This document shows, piece after piece, positions 15,701-32,355 of a DNA stretch of 64,000 nucleotides. Made by a program: the position numbers and the translations under genes. The notes under the pieces are model-generated. The model saw only the letters and a list, made by a program, of their open reading frames with translations. It made no database searches and had not been told where the DNA came from. Source of the stretch: the human T2T-CHM13v2.0 reference genome, Homo sapiens; the NCBI RefSeq assembly GCF_009914755.1, contig NC_060928.1, one strand, 5' to 3'. Position 1 is the stretch's first letter. Every line of letters starts with the position of its first letter.

Positions 15701-18700
15701 GTATATAGTTTGAGTACTTTGATATTTTATGTACAGTTTGTTATAAATATTTGGGTGCTTTCATATTTTATGTACTGTATATAATACATGCTTTGGGCAC
15801 TTTGATATTTTATGTACAGTATATAATACATACTTTGGGTACTCTGATATTTTATGTACAGTATAATACATACTTTGGGTACTTTGATATTTTATGTACA
15901 GTATATAATACATACATTGGGTACTTTGATATATTATGTACAGTATATAATACTTACTTGGGGTACTTTGATATTTTATGTACAGTATATAATACATAGT
16001 TTGTGTACTTTGATATTTTATGTACAGTATATAATACATACTTTGGGTACTTTGATATTTTATATACAGTATATAATACATACTTTGGGTACTTTCATAT
16101 TTTATGTACAGTATATAATATATAGTGTGTGTACTTTGATATTTTATCTACAGCTTATAAAACATACTATGGGTACTTTGATATTTTATGTACAGTATAT
16201 AATACATACTTTGGGTAGTTTGATATTTTATGTACAGTATACAATATATAGCTTGAGTACTTTGATATATTATGTACAGTATAAAATATATAGTTTTGGT
16301 ACTTTCATATTTTATGTATAGTATATAGTTTCAGTACTTTGATATTTTATGTACAGTTTTTTATAAATGTTTGGGTGCTTTCATATTTTATGTACAGTAT
16401 ATAATACATACTAAGGGCACTTTGATATTTTATGTACAGTATATAATACATTCTTTGGGTACTTTTGTATTTTATGTACAGTATATAATACATACTTTGT
16501 GTACTTTGATATTTTATGTACAGTATATAATACACACTTTGCGTAGTTTGATATTTTATGTAAAGTATGTAATACAGACTTTGGGTAGTTTGATATTTTA
16601 TGTACAGTATATAACACATACTTTGGGTACTTTGATATTTTATGTACAGTATATAATACATACTTTGGGAACTTTGATATTTTATGTACAGTATGTAAAA
16701 CATACTTTGAGTACTTTGATATTTTATGTACAGGATATAATGCATACTTTGGGTATTTTGATAGTTTATGTACAGTATATAATACATACTTTGGGTACTT
16801 TGATATTTTATGTATAGTATAAAATATATAGTTTTTGTACTTTGATATTTTATGTACAGTATGTAAAAGATACTTTGGGGAGTTTGATATTATATGTACA
16901 GTATGTAAAACATACTTTGGGGAGTTTGATATTTTATGAATAGTATATAATACACATTTTGTGTACTTTGATATTTTATGTACAGTATATAATACATACT
17001 TTGGGTTCTTTGATATTTTATGTACAGAATATAATGCACAGTTTTAGGTACTTTTATATTTTATGTACAGTATATAATACATACTTTGGGTACTTTGATA
17101 TTTTATGTACAGTATATAATACATACTTTGGGAACTTTGATATTTTATGTACAGTATGTAATACATACTTTGGGTACTTTGATATTTTATGTACAGTATA
17201 TAATACATACTATTGGTACTTTGATATTTTATGTACAGTATACAATATATAGTTTGAGTACTTTGATATTTTATCTCCAGTATAAAATATATAGATTTCA
17301 TACTTTGATATTTTTGTACTGAATGTAGTTTGAGTACTTTGATATTTTATGTACACTTTATTATAAAAGTTTGGGTACTTTCATATTTTACGTACAGTAT
17401 ATAATACATACTTTGGGCACTTTGATGTTTTATGTACAGTATATAATACATACTTTGTGTTCTTTGATATTTTATGTACAGCATATAATACATAATTTGG
17501 GGACTTTTATATTTTATGTACATTATATTATACATACTTTGGGTACTTTTATATTTTATGTACATTATATTATACACACTTTGGGTACTTTGATACATTA
17601 TGTACAGTATATAATACATACTAAGGGTACTTTGACATTTTATGTACAGTACATAATACATACTTTGGGTACTTTGATATTTTATATACAGTATATAATG
17701 CATACTTTGGATACTTTGATATTTTATGTACAGTATATAATACATACTTTGGGTACTTTTATATTTTATGTACAGTATATAATATATAGTTTGGGTACTT
17801 TGATATTTTATGTACGGTATATAATACATACTTTGGGTACTTTGATATTTTATGTACAGTATATAATACGTACTTTGGGTACTCTGATATTTTATGTACA
17901 GTATACAATATATAGTTTGAGTACTTTGATATTTTATGTACTGTATAAAATATATAGTTTTCGTACTTTGATATTTTATGTACAGTATATAGTTTGAGTA
18001 CTTTGATATTTTATGTACCGTTTTTTATAAATGTTTGGGTGCTTTCATATTTTATGTACAGTATATAATACATACAAAGGGCACTTTGATATTTTATGTA
18101 CAGTATATAATACATACTTTGGGTACTCTGATATTTTATGTACAGTGTATAATACATACTTTGGGTACTTTGATATTTTATGTACAATATATAATACATA
18201 CGTTGGGAACTTTGATATATTATGTACAGTATATAATACATACTTTGGGTACTTTGATATTTTATCTACAGTATACAACACATAGTTTGTGTACTTTGAT
18301 ATTTTATGTACAGTATATAATACATACTTTGGGTACTTTGATATTTTATGTACAGTATATTATACATACTTTGGGTACTTTCATATTTTATGTACAGTAT
18401 ATAATATATAGTTTGGTTAATTTGATATTTTATCTACAGCTTATAATACATACTTTGGATAGTTTGATACTTTATGTATAGTATATAATACATACTTTGG
18501 GTACTTTGATATTTTATGTACAGTATACAATATATAGTTTGAGTACTTTGATATTTTATGTGCAGTATAAAATATATACTTTTGGTACTTTCATATTTTA
18601 TATACAGTATATAGTTTGAGTACTTTGATATTTTATGTACAGGTTTTTATAAATGTTTGGGTGCTTTCATATTTTATGTACAGTATATAATACATACTAA

Positions 18701-21700
18701 GGGCACTTTGATATTTTATGTACAGTATATAATACATACTTTGGGTACTTTGATATTTTATGTACGTCATATAATATATAGTTTGGGTACTTTGATATTT
18801 TATGTACAGAATATAATACATACCTTGGGTACTTTGATATTTTATGTACAGTATATAATATATAGTTTGGGTATTTTGATATTTTATGTACAGTATATAA
18901 TACATACTTTGGGTACTTTGATATTTTATGTACAGTATATAATACATACTTTGGGAACTTTGATATTTTATGTACAGTATGTAAAACATACTTTGGGTAC
19001 TTTGATATTTTATGTACAGTATATAATACATACTATTGGTACTTTGATATTTTATGTCCAGTATAAAATATATAGATTTCGTACTTTGATATTTTATGTA
19101 CAGAATATAGTTTGAGTACTTTGATATTTTATGTACACTTTATTATAAAAGTTTGGGTACTTTCATATTTTACGTACAGTATATAATACATACTTTGGGC
19201 ACTTTGATGTTTTATGTACAGTATATAATACATACTTTAGGTTCTTTTATATTTTATGTACAGCATATACTACAAAATTTGGGGACTTTTATATTTTATG
19301 TACATTATATAATACATACTTTGGGTACTTTTATATTTTATGTAAGGTATATAATACATACTTTGGGTACTTTGATATATTATGTACAGTATATAATACA
19401 TACTTTGGGTAATTTGATATATTATGTACAGTATATAATACATACTTAGGGTACTTTGACATTTTATGTACAGTATATAATACATACTTTGGGTACTTTG
19501 ATATTTTATGAACAGTATATAATACATACTTTGGGTACTTTGATATTTTATGTACTGTATATAATACATACTTTGGGTACTTTTATATTTTAGGTACAGT
19601 ATATAATATATAGTTTGGGTACTTTGATATTTTATGTACGGTATATAATACATACTTTGGGTACTTTGATATTTTATGTATAGTATATAATACATACTTT
19701 GGGTACTTTGATATTGTATGTACAGTATACAATATATAGTTTGAGTACTTTGATATTTTATGTACTGTATAAAATATATAGTTTTGGTACGTTGATATTT
19801 TATGTATAGTATATAGTTTGAGTACTTTGATATTTTATGTACAGTTTTTTATAAATATTTGGGTGCTTTCATATTTTATGTACAGTATATAATACATACT
19901 AAGCGCACTTTGATATTTTATGTACAGTATATAATACATACTTTGGTTACTCTGATATTTTATGTACAGTGTATAATGCATACTTTGGGTACTTTGATAT
20001 TTTATGTACAATATATAATACATACGTTGGGAACTTTGATATATTATGTACAGTATATAATTCATACTTTGGGTACTTTGATATTTTATGTACAGTATAT
20101 AATACATATTTTGTGTACTTTGATATTTTATGTACAGTATATAATACATACTTTGGGTACTTTGATATTTTATATACAGTATATAATACATACTTTGGGT
20201 ACTTTCATATTTTATGTACAGTATATAATATATAGTTTGGGTACTTTGATATTTTATCTACAGCTTATAATACATACTTTGGGTACTTTGATATTTTATG
20301 TACAGTATATAATACATACTTTGGGTAGTTTGATATTTTATGTACAGTATACAATATATAGTTTGAGTACTTTGATATTTTATGTGCAGTATAAAATATA
20401 TAGATTTCGTACTTTGATATTTTATGTACAGTTTATAGTTTGAGTACTTTGATATTTTATGTACAGTTTATTATAAATGTTTGGGTACTTTCATATTTGA
20501 TGTACAGTATATAATACATAATTTGGGCACTTTGATATTTTATGTACAGTATATAATACATACTTTGGGTACTTTGATATTTTATGTACAGTATATAATA
20601 CATACTTTGGGTATCTTGATATTTTATGTACAGTATATAATGCATACTTTGGGTTCTTTGATATTTTATGTACAGTATATAATGCATACTTTGAGTACTT
20701 TGATATTTTATATACAGTATATAATACATACTTTGGGTACTTTCATATTTTATGTTCAGTATATAATACATACTTTGTGTAGTTTCATATTTTATGTACA
20801 GTATACAATATATAGTTTGAGTACTTTGATATTTTATGTCCAGTATAAAATATATAGTTTTCGTAATTGATATTTTATGTACAGAATATAGTTTGAGTAC
20901 TTTGATATTTTATGTACACTTTATTATAAATGTTTGGGTACTTTCATATTTTATGTACAGTATATAATACATACTTTGGTCTCTTTGATGTTTTATGTAC
21001 AGTATATAATACATACTTTGGGTTCTTTGATATTTTATGTGCAGAATATAATGCATAGTTTTAGGTACTTTTATATTTTATGTACAGTATATAATACATA
21101 CTTTGGGTACTTTGATATTTTATGTACAGTATATAATACATACTTTGGGAACTTTGATATTTTATGTACAGTATGTAATACATACTTTGGGTACTTTGAT
21201 ATTTTATGTACAATATATAATACATATTATTGGTACTTTGATATTTTATGTCCAGTATAAAATACATAGATTTCATACATTGATATTTTATGTACAGAAT
21301 ATAGTTTGACCACTTTGATAATTTATGTACACTTTATCATAAAAGTTTGGGTACTTTCATATTTTACTTACAGTATATAATACATACTTTGGGCACTTTG
21401 ATGTTTAATGTACAGTATATAATACATACTTTGGGTTCTTTGATACGTTATGTACAGCATATAGTACATAATTTGGGGACTTTTATATTTTATGTACATT
21501 ATATAATACATACTTTGGGTACTTTTATATTTTATATACGGTATATAATACATACTTTGGGTACTTTGATATATTATGTACAGTATATAATACATACTTT
21601 GGGTACTTTGATATATTATGTACAGTATATAATACATACTTAGGGTACTTTGACATTTTATGTACAGTACATAATACATACTTTGGGTACTTTGATATTT

Positions 21701-24700
21701 TATGTACAGTATATAATACATACTTTGGGTACTTTGATATTTTATGTACAGTATATAATACATATTTTGGGTACTTTTATATTTTATGTACAGTATATAA
21801 TATATAGTTTGGGTACTTTGATATTTTATGTACGGTATATAATACATACTCTGGGTACTTTGATATTTTATGTACGGTATAAAATACATACTTTGGGTAC
21901 TTTGATATTTTATGTACAGTATATAATACATACTTTGGGTACTTTGATATTTAATGTACAGTATATAATACACACTTTGCGTACTTTGATATTTTATGTA
22001 AAGTATGTAATACATACTTTGGGTACTTTGATATTTTATGTACAGTATGTAATACACACTTTGGGTACTTTGATATTTTATGTAGAGTATGTAAAACATA
22101 CTTTGTGTAGTTTGGTATTTTATGATCAGTATATAATACATATTTTGGGTACTTTGATATTTTATGTACAGTATATAATACATACTTTGGGTACTTTGAT
22201 ATTTTATGTACAGTATATAATGCATAATTTGCGTACTTCAATAGTATATGCACAGTATATAATACATACTTTGGGTAATTTGATATTTTATGTACAGTAT
22301 ATAATGCATACTTTGGGTACTTTGATAGTTTATGTACAGTATACAATACATACTTTGGGTACTTTGATATTTTATGTACAGTATATAATATGTAGTTTGG
22401 GTACTTTGATATTTTAACTACAGTATATAATACATACTTTGGGTACTTTGATATTTTATCTACAGTATATAATAGATACTTTGGGTACTTTGATATATTA
22501 TGTACAGTATATAATACATAGTTTGGTTACTTTGATATTTTTTGTACAGTATGTAAAACATACTTTGGGGAGTTTGATATTTTATGAACAGTATATAATA
22601 CACATTTTGGGTACTTTGATATTTTATGTACAGTATATAATTCATACTTTGGGTACTTTGATATTTTATGTACAGTATATAATACATACATTGGGTACTT
22701 CGATATTTTATGTGCAGTACCCTATATATAGTTTGGGTACTTTGATATTTTATGTCCAGTATAAAATAAATAGTTTTGGTACTTTGATATTTTATGTACA
22801 GTATATAGTTTGAGTACTTTGATATTTAATGTTCAGTTTATTATAAATGTTTGGGTGCTTTCATATTTTATATACAGTATATAATACATACTTTGGGCAC
22901 TTTGATATTTTCTGTACAGTATATAATACATACTTTGGGTACTTTCATATTTTATGTACGGTATATAATACATACATTGGGTACTTTGATATTTTATGTA
23001 CAGTATATAATATATAGTTTGGGTACTTTGATATTTTATATACAGTATATAATATATATTATGTGTACTTTGATATATTATGTACAGTATATAATATATA
23101 GTATGGGTTGTTTGATATTTTATGTACAGTATATAATATATAGTTGGGTAGTTTGATATTTTTAGTACAGTATGTAATATATAGTTTGTTTTATTTGATA
23201 TTTTATGTACAGTATACAATATATAGTATTGATACTTTGATATTTCATGTAAAGTATATAGTTTGAGTACTTTGATATTTTATATGCAGTTTATTATAAA
23301 TGTTTGGGTACCTTCATATTTTATGTACAGTATATAATACATACTTTGGGAAGTTTTATTTTATGTGCAGTAAATAATACATACTTTGGGTACTTTGATA
23401 TTTCATGTACAGTATATAATACACACTTTGGGTACTTTGATATTTTATGTACAGTATATAATACACATTTTGGGTACTTTGATATTTTATGTACAGTATA
23501 TAATACATACTTTGGGTACTTTGATGTATTATGCACAGTATATAATACATACTTTGGGTACTTTGATATTTTATGTAAAGTATATAATACATACTTTGGG
23601 TACTTTGATATTTTATGTAGAGTATGTAATACATAATATGGGTACTTTAATATTTTATGTATAGTATATAATACTTACTTTGGGTACTTTGATATTTTAT
23701 AGACAGTGTATAATACATACTTTGGGTACTTTGATATTTTATGTACAGTATATAACATATAGTTTGGGTACTTTGATATTTTATATACAGTATATAATAC
23801 ATACTTTGGGTACTTTGATATTTTATGTACAGTATATAATACATACTTTGGGTACTTTGATATTTCATGCACAGTATACAATATATAGTTTGAGTACTTT
23901 GATATTTTATGTACTGTATAAAATATATAGTTTTGGTACTTTGATATTTTATGTACAGTATATAGTTTGAGTACTTTGATATTTTATGTACAGTTTGTTA
24001 TAAATGTTTGGGTGCTTTCATATTTTATGTACAGTATATAATACATACTTTGGGCACTTTGATATCTTATGTATAGTATATAATACATATTTTGGGTTCT
24101 CTGATATTTTCTGTACAGTGTATAATACATAATTTGGGTACTTTGATATTTTATGTACAGCATATAATACATACGTTGGGTACTTTGATATATTATGTAC
24201 ATTATGTAATACATACTTTGGGTACTTTGATATTTTATGTACAGTATATAATCCATAGTTTGTGTACTTTTATATTTTATGTACAGTATATAATACATAC
24301 TTTGGGTACTTTGATATTTTATGTACAGTATATAATACATACTTTGGGTACTTTCATGTTTTATGTACAGTATATAATATATAGTTTGGGTACTTTGATA
24401 TTTTATCTACAGCTTATAATACTTACTTTGGGTAATTTGATATTTTATGTACAGTATATAATACATACTTTGGGTAGTTTGATATTTTATGTACAGTATA
24501 CAATATATAGTTTGACTACTTTGATATTTTATGTGCAGTATAAAATATACAGTGTTGGTACTTTGATGTTTTATGTACAGTATATATTTTGAGTACTTTG
24601 ATATTTTGTGTACAGTTTATTATAAATGTTTGGGTACTTTCATATTTGATGTACAGTATATAATACATAATTTGGGCACTTTGATATTTTATGTACAGTA

Positions 24701-27700
24701 TATAATACATACTTTGGGTACTTTTATATTTTATGTACAGTATATAATACATACTCTGGGCACTTTGATATTTAATGTACAGTATATAATACACACTTTG
24801 CGTACTTTGATATTTTATGTAACATATGTAGTACATACTTTGGGTAGTTTGATATTTTATGTACAGTATGTAGTACACAATTTGGGTACTTTGATATTTT
24901 ATGTACAGTATGTAAAACATACTTTGGGTAGTTTGATATTTTATGATCAGTATATAATACACATTTTGGGTACCTTGATATTTTATGTACAGTATATAAT
25001 ACATACTTTGGGAACTTTGATATTTTATGTACAGTATATAATGCATACTTTAGGTACTTTGATAGTTTATGTACAGTATATAATATATACTTTGGGTACT
25101 TTGATATTTTGTGTACAGTATATAATACATACTTTGGGTACTTTTATATTTTATCTACAGTGTATAATATATACTTTGGGTACTTTGATATATTATGTAC
25201 AGTATATAATACATACTTTGGGTACTTTGATATTTTATGTACAGTATATAATACATACTTTGGGTACTTTGATATTTTATGTACAGTATATAATACATAC
25301 TTTCGGTACTTTGATATTTTATGTACAGTATATAATATATAGTTTGGGTACTTTGATATTTTATGTACAGTATATAATACATACTTTGGGTACTTTGATA
25401 TTTTATGTACAGTATATAATACATACTTTGGGTACTTTGATATTTTATGTACAGTATATAATATATAGTTTGGGTACTTTGATAATTTATGTACAGTGTA
25501 TAACACATACTTTGGGTACTTTGATATTTTATGTACAGTATATAATACATACTTTGGGTACTTTCATATTTCATGTACAGTTTATAATATATAGTTTGGG
25601 TACTTTGGTATATTATGTACTGTATATAATACATACTTTGGGTACTTTGATATTTTATGTACAGTATATAATACATACTTTGGGTACTTTGATATTTTAT
25701 GTACAGTATACAATATATACTTTGACTACTTTTATATTTTATGTCCAGTATAGAATATATAGTTTTGGTAGTTTGATATTTTATGTACAGTATATAGTTT
25801 GAGTACATTGATATTTTATGTACACTTTATTATAAAGGTTTGGATACTTTGATATTTTATGTACAGTATATAATACATACTTTGGGTTCTTTGATATTTT
25901 ATGTACAGTATATAACATATATTTTGGGTACTTTGATATTTTATATACAGTATATAATACATACTTTGGGTACTTTGATATTTTATGTACAGTATATAAT
26001 ACATACTTTGGGTACTTTGATATTTTATGTACAGTATACAATATATAGTTTGAGTACTTTGATATTTTATGTACTGTATAAAATATATAGTTTTGGTACT
26101 TTGATATTTTATGTACAGTATATAGTTTGAGTACTTTGATATTTTATGTACAGTTTGTTATAAATATTTGGGTGCTTTCATATTTTATGTACTGTATATA
26201 ATACATGCTTTAGGCACTTTGATATTTTATGTACAGTATATAATACATACTTTGGGTACTCTGATATTTTATGTACAGTGTATAATACATACTTTGGGTA
26301 CTTTGATATTTTATGTACAGTGTATAATACATACATTGGGTACTTTGATATATTATGTACAGTATATAATACTTACTGGGGGTACTTTGATATTTTATGT
26401 ACAGTATATAATACATAGTTTGTGAACTTTGATATTTTATGTACAGTATATAATACAAACTATTGGTACTTTGATATTTTATGTACAGTATACAATATAT
26501 TGTTTGAGTACTTTGATATTTTATGTCCTGTATAAAATATATAGATTTCGTACTTTGATATTTTATGTACAGAATATAGTTTGAATACTTTGATATTTTA
26601 TGTACACTTTATTATAAAAGTTTGGGTACTTTCATATTTTACGTACAGTATGTAATACATACTTTGGGCACTTTGATGTTTTATGCACAGTATATAATAC
26701 ATACTTTGGGTACTTTTATATTTTATGTACAGTATATAACACATAGTTTGTGTACTTTGATATTTAATATACAGTATATAATGCACACTTTGCGTACTTT
26801 GATATTTTATGTAAAGTATGTAATACATACTTTGGGTAGTTTGATATTTTATGTATAGTATGTAATACACACTTTGGGTACTTTGATATTTTATGTACAG
26901 TATGTAAAACATACTTTGGGTAGTTTGATATTTTATGATCAGTATATAATACACATTTTGGGTACTTTGATATTTTATGTACAGTGTATAATACATACGT
27001 TGAGTACTTTGATATTTTATGTACAGGATATAATGCATACTTTGGGTACTTTGATAGTTTATGTACAGTAAATAATACTTACTTTTGGTACTTTGATATT
27101 TTATATATAGTATAAAATATATAGTTTGGGTAGTTTGATATTTTAAGTATAGTATATGATACATACTTTGGGTACTTAGATATTTTATCTACAGTGTATA
27201 ATAAATACTATGGGTACTTTGATATATTATGTACAATAGATAATACATACTTTGGGTACTTTGATATTTTATGTACAGTATATAATACATACTTTGGGTA
27301 GTTTGATATTTTATGTACAGTATATAATACATACATTGGGTGCTTTCATATTTCATGTACACTATATAATATATAGTTTGGGTACTTTGGTATATTATGT
27401 ACTGTATATAATACATACTTTGAGTATTTTGATATTTTATGTACAGTATATAATACATACTTTGGGTACTTTGATATTTTATGTACAGTATACAATATAT
27501 ACTTTGCATATTTTGATATTTTATGTGCAGTATAGAATATATAGTTTTGGTAGTTTCATATTTTATGTAGAGTATATAGTTTGAGTACTTTCACATTTTA
27601 TGTACAGTTTATTATAAATGTTTGGGTGTTTTCATATTTTATGTACTGTATATAATACATACTTTGGGCACATTGATATTTTATGTACAGTATAAAATAC

Positions 27701-30700
27701 ATACTTTGGGTACTCTGATATTTTATGTACAGTATATAATACATAATTTGGGTAGTTTGATATTTTATGTACAGTATATAATACATTCTTTGAGTGCTTT
27801 GATATATTATGTACAGTATATAATACATACTTTGTGTACTTTGATATTTTATGTACAGTATACAATATATACTTTGACTACTTTGATATTTTATGTCCAG
27901 TATAGAATACATAGTTTTGGTAGTTTGATATTTTATGTACAGTATATAGTTTGAGTACATTGATATTTTATGTACACTTTATTATAAATGTTTGGATACT
28001 TTCATATTTTATGTACAGTATATAATACATACTTTGGGCACTTTGATATTTTATGTACAGTATACAATACATACTTTGGGTACTTTGATATTTTATGTAC
28101 AGTATATAATACATAATTTGGGTACTTTGATATTTTATGTACAGTATATAATGCATACTTTGGGTACTTTGATGTTTTATGTACAGTATATAATACATAC
28201 TTAGGGTACTTTGACATTTTATGTGCAGTATATAATACATACTTTGGATACTTTGTTATTTTAAATACAGTATGTAATACATACTTTGGGTACTTTGATA
28301 TTTTATGTACAGTATATAATACATACTTTGGTACTTTTATATTTCATGTACAGTATATAATATATAGTTTGGGTACTTTGATATTTTATGTACAGTATAT
28401 AATACATAGTTTGGGTATTTTGATATTTTATGTACAGTATATAATACATACTTTGGGTACTTTGATATTTTATGTACAGTGTGTAATATATAGTTTGGGT
28501 ACTTTGATATTTTAGGTGCAGTATATAACACATACTTTCGGTAGTTGGATATTTTATGTACAGTATATAATACATACTTTCGGTACTTCGATATTTGATG
28601 TACAGTATACTATATATAGTTTGGGTACTTTCATATTTTATGTCGGGTATAAAATAAATAGTTTTCGTACTTAGATATTTTATGTACAGTATATAGTTTG
28701 AGTACTTTGATATTTTATGTACAGTTTATTATAAATGGGTGCTTTCATATTTTATGTACAGTATATAATACATACTATGGGCACTTTGATATTTTATGTA
28801 CAGTATATAATACATACTTTGGGTACTTTGATATTTTATGTACAGTATATAATACATACTATTGGTACTTTGATATTTTATGTACAGTATACAATATATA
28901 GTTTGAGTACTTTGATATTTTATGTCCAGTATAAAATATATAGATTTCATACTTTGATATTTTATGTACTGAATGTAGTTTGAGTACTTTGATATTTTAT
29001 GTACACTTTATTATAAAAGTTTGGGTACTTTCATATTTTACGTACAGTATATAATACATACTTTGGGTTCTTTGATATTTTATGTACAGCATATAATACA
29101 TAATTTGGGGACTTTTATATTTTATGTACATTATATTATACATACTTTGGGTACTTTTATATTTTATGTACGGTATATAATACACACTTTGGGTACTTTG
29201 ATATATTATGTACAGTATATAATACATACTTTGGGTACTTTGATATATTATGTACAGTATATAATACATAATAAGGATACTTTGACATTTTATGTACAGT
29301 ACATAATACATACTTTGGGTACTTTGATATTTTATGTACAGTATATAATGCATACTTTGGATACTTTGATATTTTATGTACAGTATATAATACATACTTT
29401 GGGTACTTTTATATTTTATGTACAGTATATAATATATAGTTTGGGTACTTTGATATTTTATGTACGGTATATAATACATACTTTGGGTACTTTGGTATTT
29501 TATGTACACTATATAATACATACTTTGGGTACTCTGATATTTTATGTACAGTATACAATATATAGTTTGAGTACTTTGAAATTTTATGTACTGTATAAAA
29601 TATATAGTTTTCGTGCTTTGATATTTTATGTACAATATATAATTTGAGTACTTTGATATTTTATGTACAGTTTTTTATAAATGTTTGGGTGCTTTCATAT
29701 TTTATGTACAGTATATAATACATACAAAGGGCACTTTGATATTTTATGTACAGTATATAATACATACTTTGGGTACTCTGATATTTTATGTACAGTGTAT
29801 AATACATACTTTGGGTACTTTGATATTTTATTTACAATATATAATACATACGTTGGGAACTTTGATATATTATGTACAGTATATAATACACACTTTGGGT
29901 ACTTTGATATTTTATCTACAGTATACAACACATAGTTTGTGTACTTTGATATTTTATGTACAGTATATAATACATACTTTGGGTACTTTGATATTTTATG
30001 TACAGTATATAATACATACTTTGGGTACTTTCATATTTTATGTACAGTATATAATATATAGTTTGGTTACTTTGATATTTTATCTACAGCTTATAATACA
30101 TACTTTGGATACTTTGATACTTTATGTACAGTATATAATACATACTTTGGGTACTTTGATATATTATGTACAGTATATAATACATACTTAGGGTACTTTG
30201 ACATTTTATGTACAGTACATAATACATACTTTGGGTACTTTGATATTTTATGTACAGTATGTAATACACGCTTTGGGTACTTTGATATGTTATGTAGAGT
30301 ATGTAAAACATACTTTGGGTAGTTTGGTATTTTATGATCAGTATATAATACATATTTTGGGTACTTTGATATTTTATGTACAGTATATAATACATACTTT
30401 GGGTACTTTGATATTTTATGTACAGTATATAATGCATAATTTGGGTACTTCAATAGTTTATGCACAGTATATAATACATACTTTGGGTAATTTGATATTT
30501 TATGTACAGTATATAATGCATGCTTTGGGTACTTTGATAGTTTATGTACAGTATACAATACATACTTTGGGTACTTTGATATTTTATGTACAGTATATAA
30601 TATGTAGTTTGGGTACTTTGATATTTTAACTACAGTATATAATACATACTTTGGGTACTTTGATATTTTATCTACAGTATATAATAGATACTTTGGGTAC

Positions 30701-31879
30701 TTTGATATATTATGTACAGTATATAATACATAGTTTGGTTACTTTGATATTTTTTGTACAGTATGTAAAACATACTTTGGGGAGTTTGATATTTTATGAA
30801 CAGTATATAATACACATCTTGGGTACTTTGATATTTTATGTACGGTATATAATACATACTTTGGGTACTTTGATATTTTATGTACAGTATATAATTCATA
30901 CTTTGGGTACTTTGATATTTTATGTACAGTATATAATACATACATTGGGTACTTCGATATTTTATGTGCAGTACCCTATATATAGTTTGGGTACTTTGAT
31001 ATTTTATGTCCAGTATAAAATAAATAGTTTTGGTACTTTGATATTTTATGTACAGTATATAGTTTGAGTACTTTGATATTTAATGTTCAGTTTATTATAA
31101 ATGTTTGGGTGCTTTCATATTTTAACTACAGTATATAATACATACTTTGGGCACTTTGATATTTTCTGTACAGTATATAATACATACTTTGGGTACTTTG
31201 ATATTTTATGTACGGTATATAATACATACATTGGGTACTTTGATATTTTATGTACAGTATATAATATATAGTTTGGTTACTTTGATATTTTATATACAGT
31301 ATATAATATATATTATGTGTACTTTGATATATTATGTACAGTATATAATATATAGTATGGGTTGTTTGATATTTTATGTACAGTATATAATATATAGTTT
31401 GGGTAGTTTGATATTTTTAGTACAGTATGTAATATATAGTTTGTTTTATTTGATATTTTATGTACAGTATACAATATATAGTATTGGTACTTTGATATTT
31501 CATGTAAAGTATATAGTTTGAGTACTTTGATATTTTATATGCAGTTTATTATAAATGTTTCGGTACCTTCATATTTTATGTACAGTATATAATACATACT
31601 TTCTGAACTTTTATTTTATGTGCAGTATATAATACATACTTTGGGTACTTTGATATTTCATGTACAGTATATAATACACACTTTGGGTACTTTGATATTT
31701 TATGTACAGTATATAATACACACTTTGGGTACTTTGATATTTTATGTACAGTATATAATACATACTTTGGGTACTTTGATGTATTACGTACAGTATATAA
31801 TACATACTCTGGGTACTTTGATATTTTATGTACAGTATATAATACATACTTTGGGTACTTTGATATTTTATGTACATTA

Positions 31880-32355
31880 TGTAATACATAATTTGGGTAC
31901 TTTAATATTTTATGTATAGTATATAATACATACTTTGGGTACTTTGATATTTTATGTACAGTATATAATACATACATTGGGTACTTTCATATTTCATGTA
32001 CAGTATATAATATATAGTTTGGGTACTTTGGTATATTATGTACTGTATATAATACATACTTTGAATACTTTGATATTTTATGTACAGTATATAATACATA
32101 CTTTGGGTACTTTGATATTTTTTGTACAGTATGTAATACATAATTTGGGTACTTTAATATTTTATGTATAGTATATAATACATACTTTGGGTACTTTGAT
32201 ATTTTATGTACAGTATATAATACATACATTGGGTACCTTCATATTTCATGTACAGTATATAATATATAGTTTGGGTACTTTGGTATATTATGTACTGTAT
32301 ATAATACATACTTTGAGTACTTTGATATTTTATGTACAGTATATAATACATACTT
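31880..32355 (+). repeat. Local tandem duplication within HSat1A, period 252 bp (6 x 42)
   Basis: The variant string TAATTTGGGTACTTTAATATTTTATGTATAG...ACATTGGG...TTTCATG...TTGGTATATTATGTACTG recurs at about 31889 and 32141. Matching ORF starts at 31935 and 32187 are 252 apart. Ends are approximate. Confidence 0.75.
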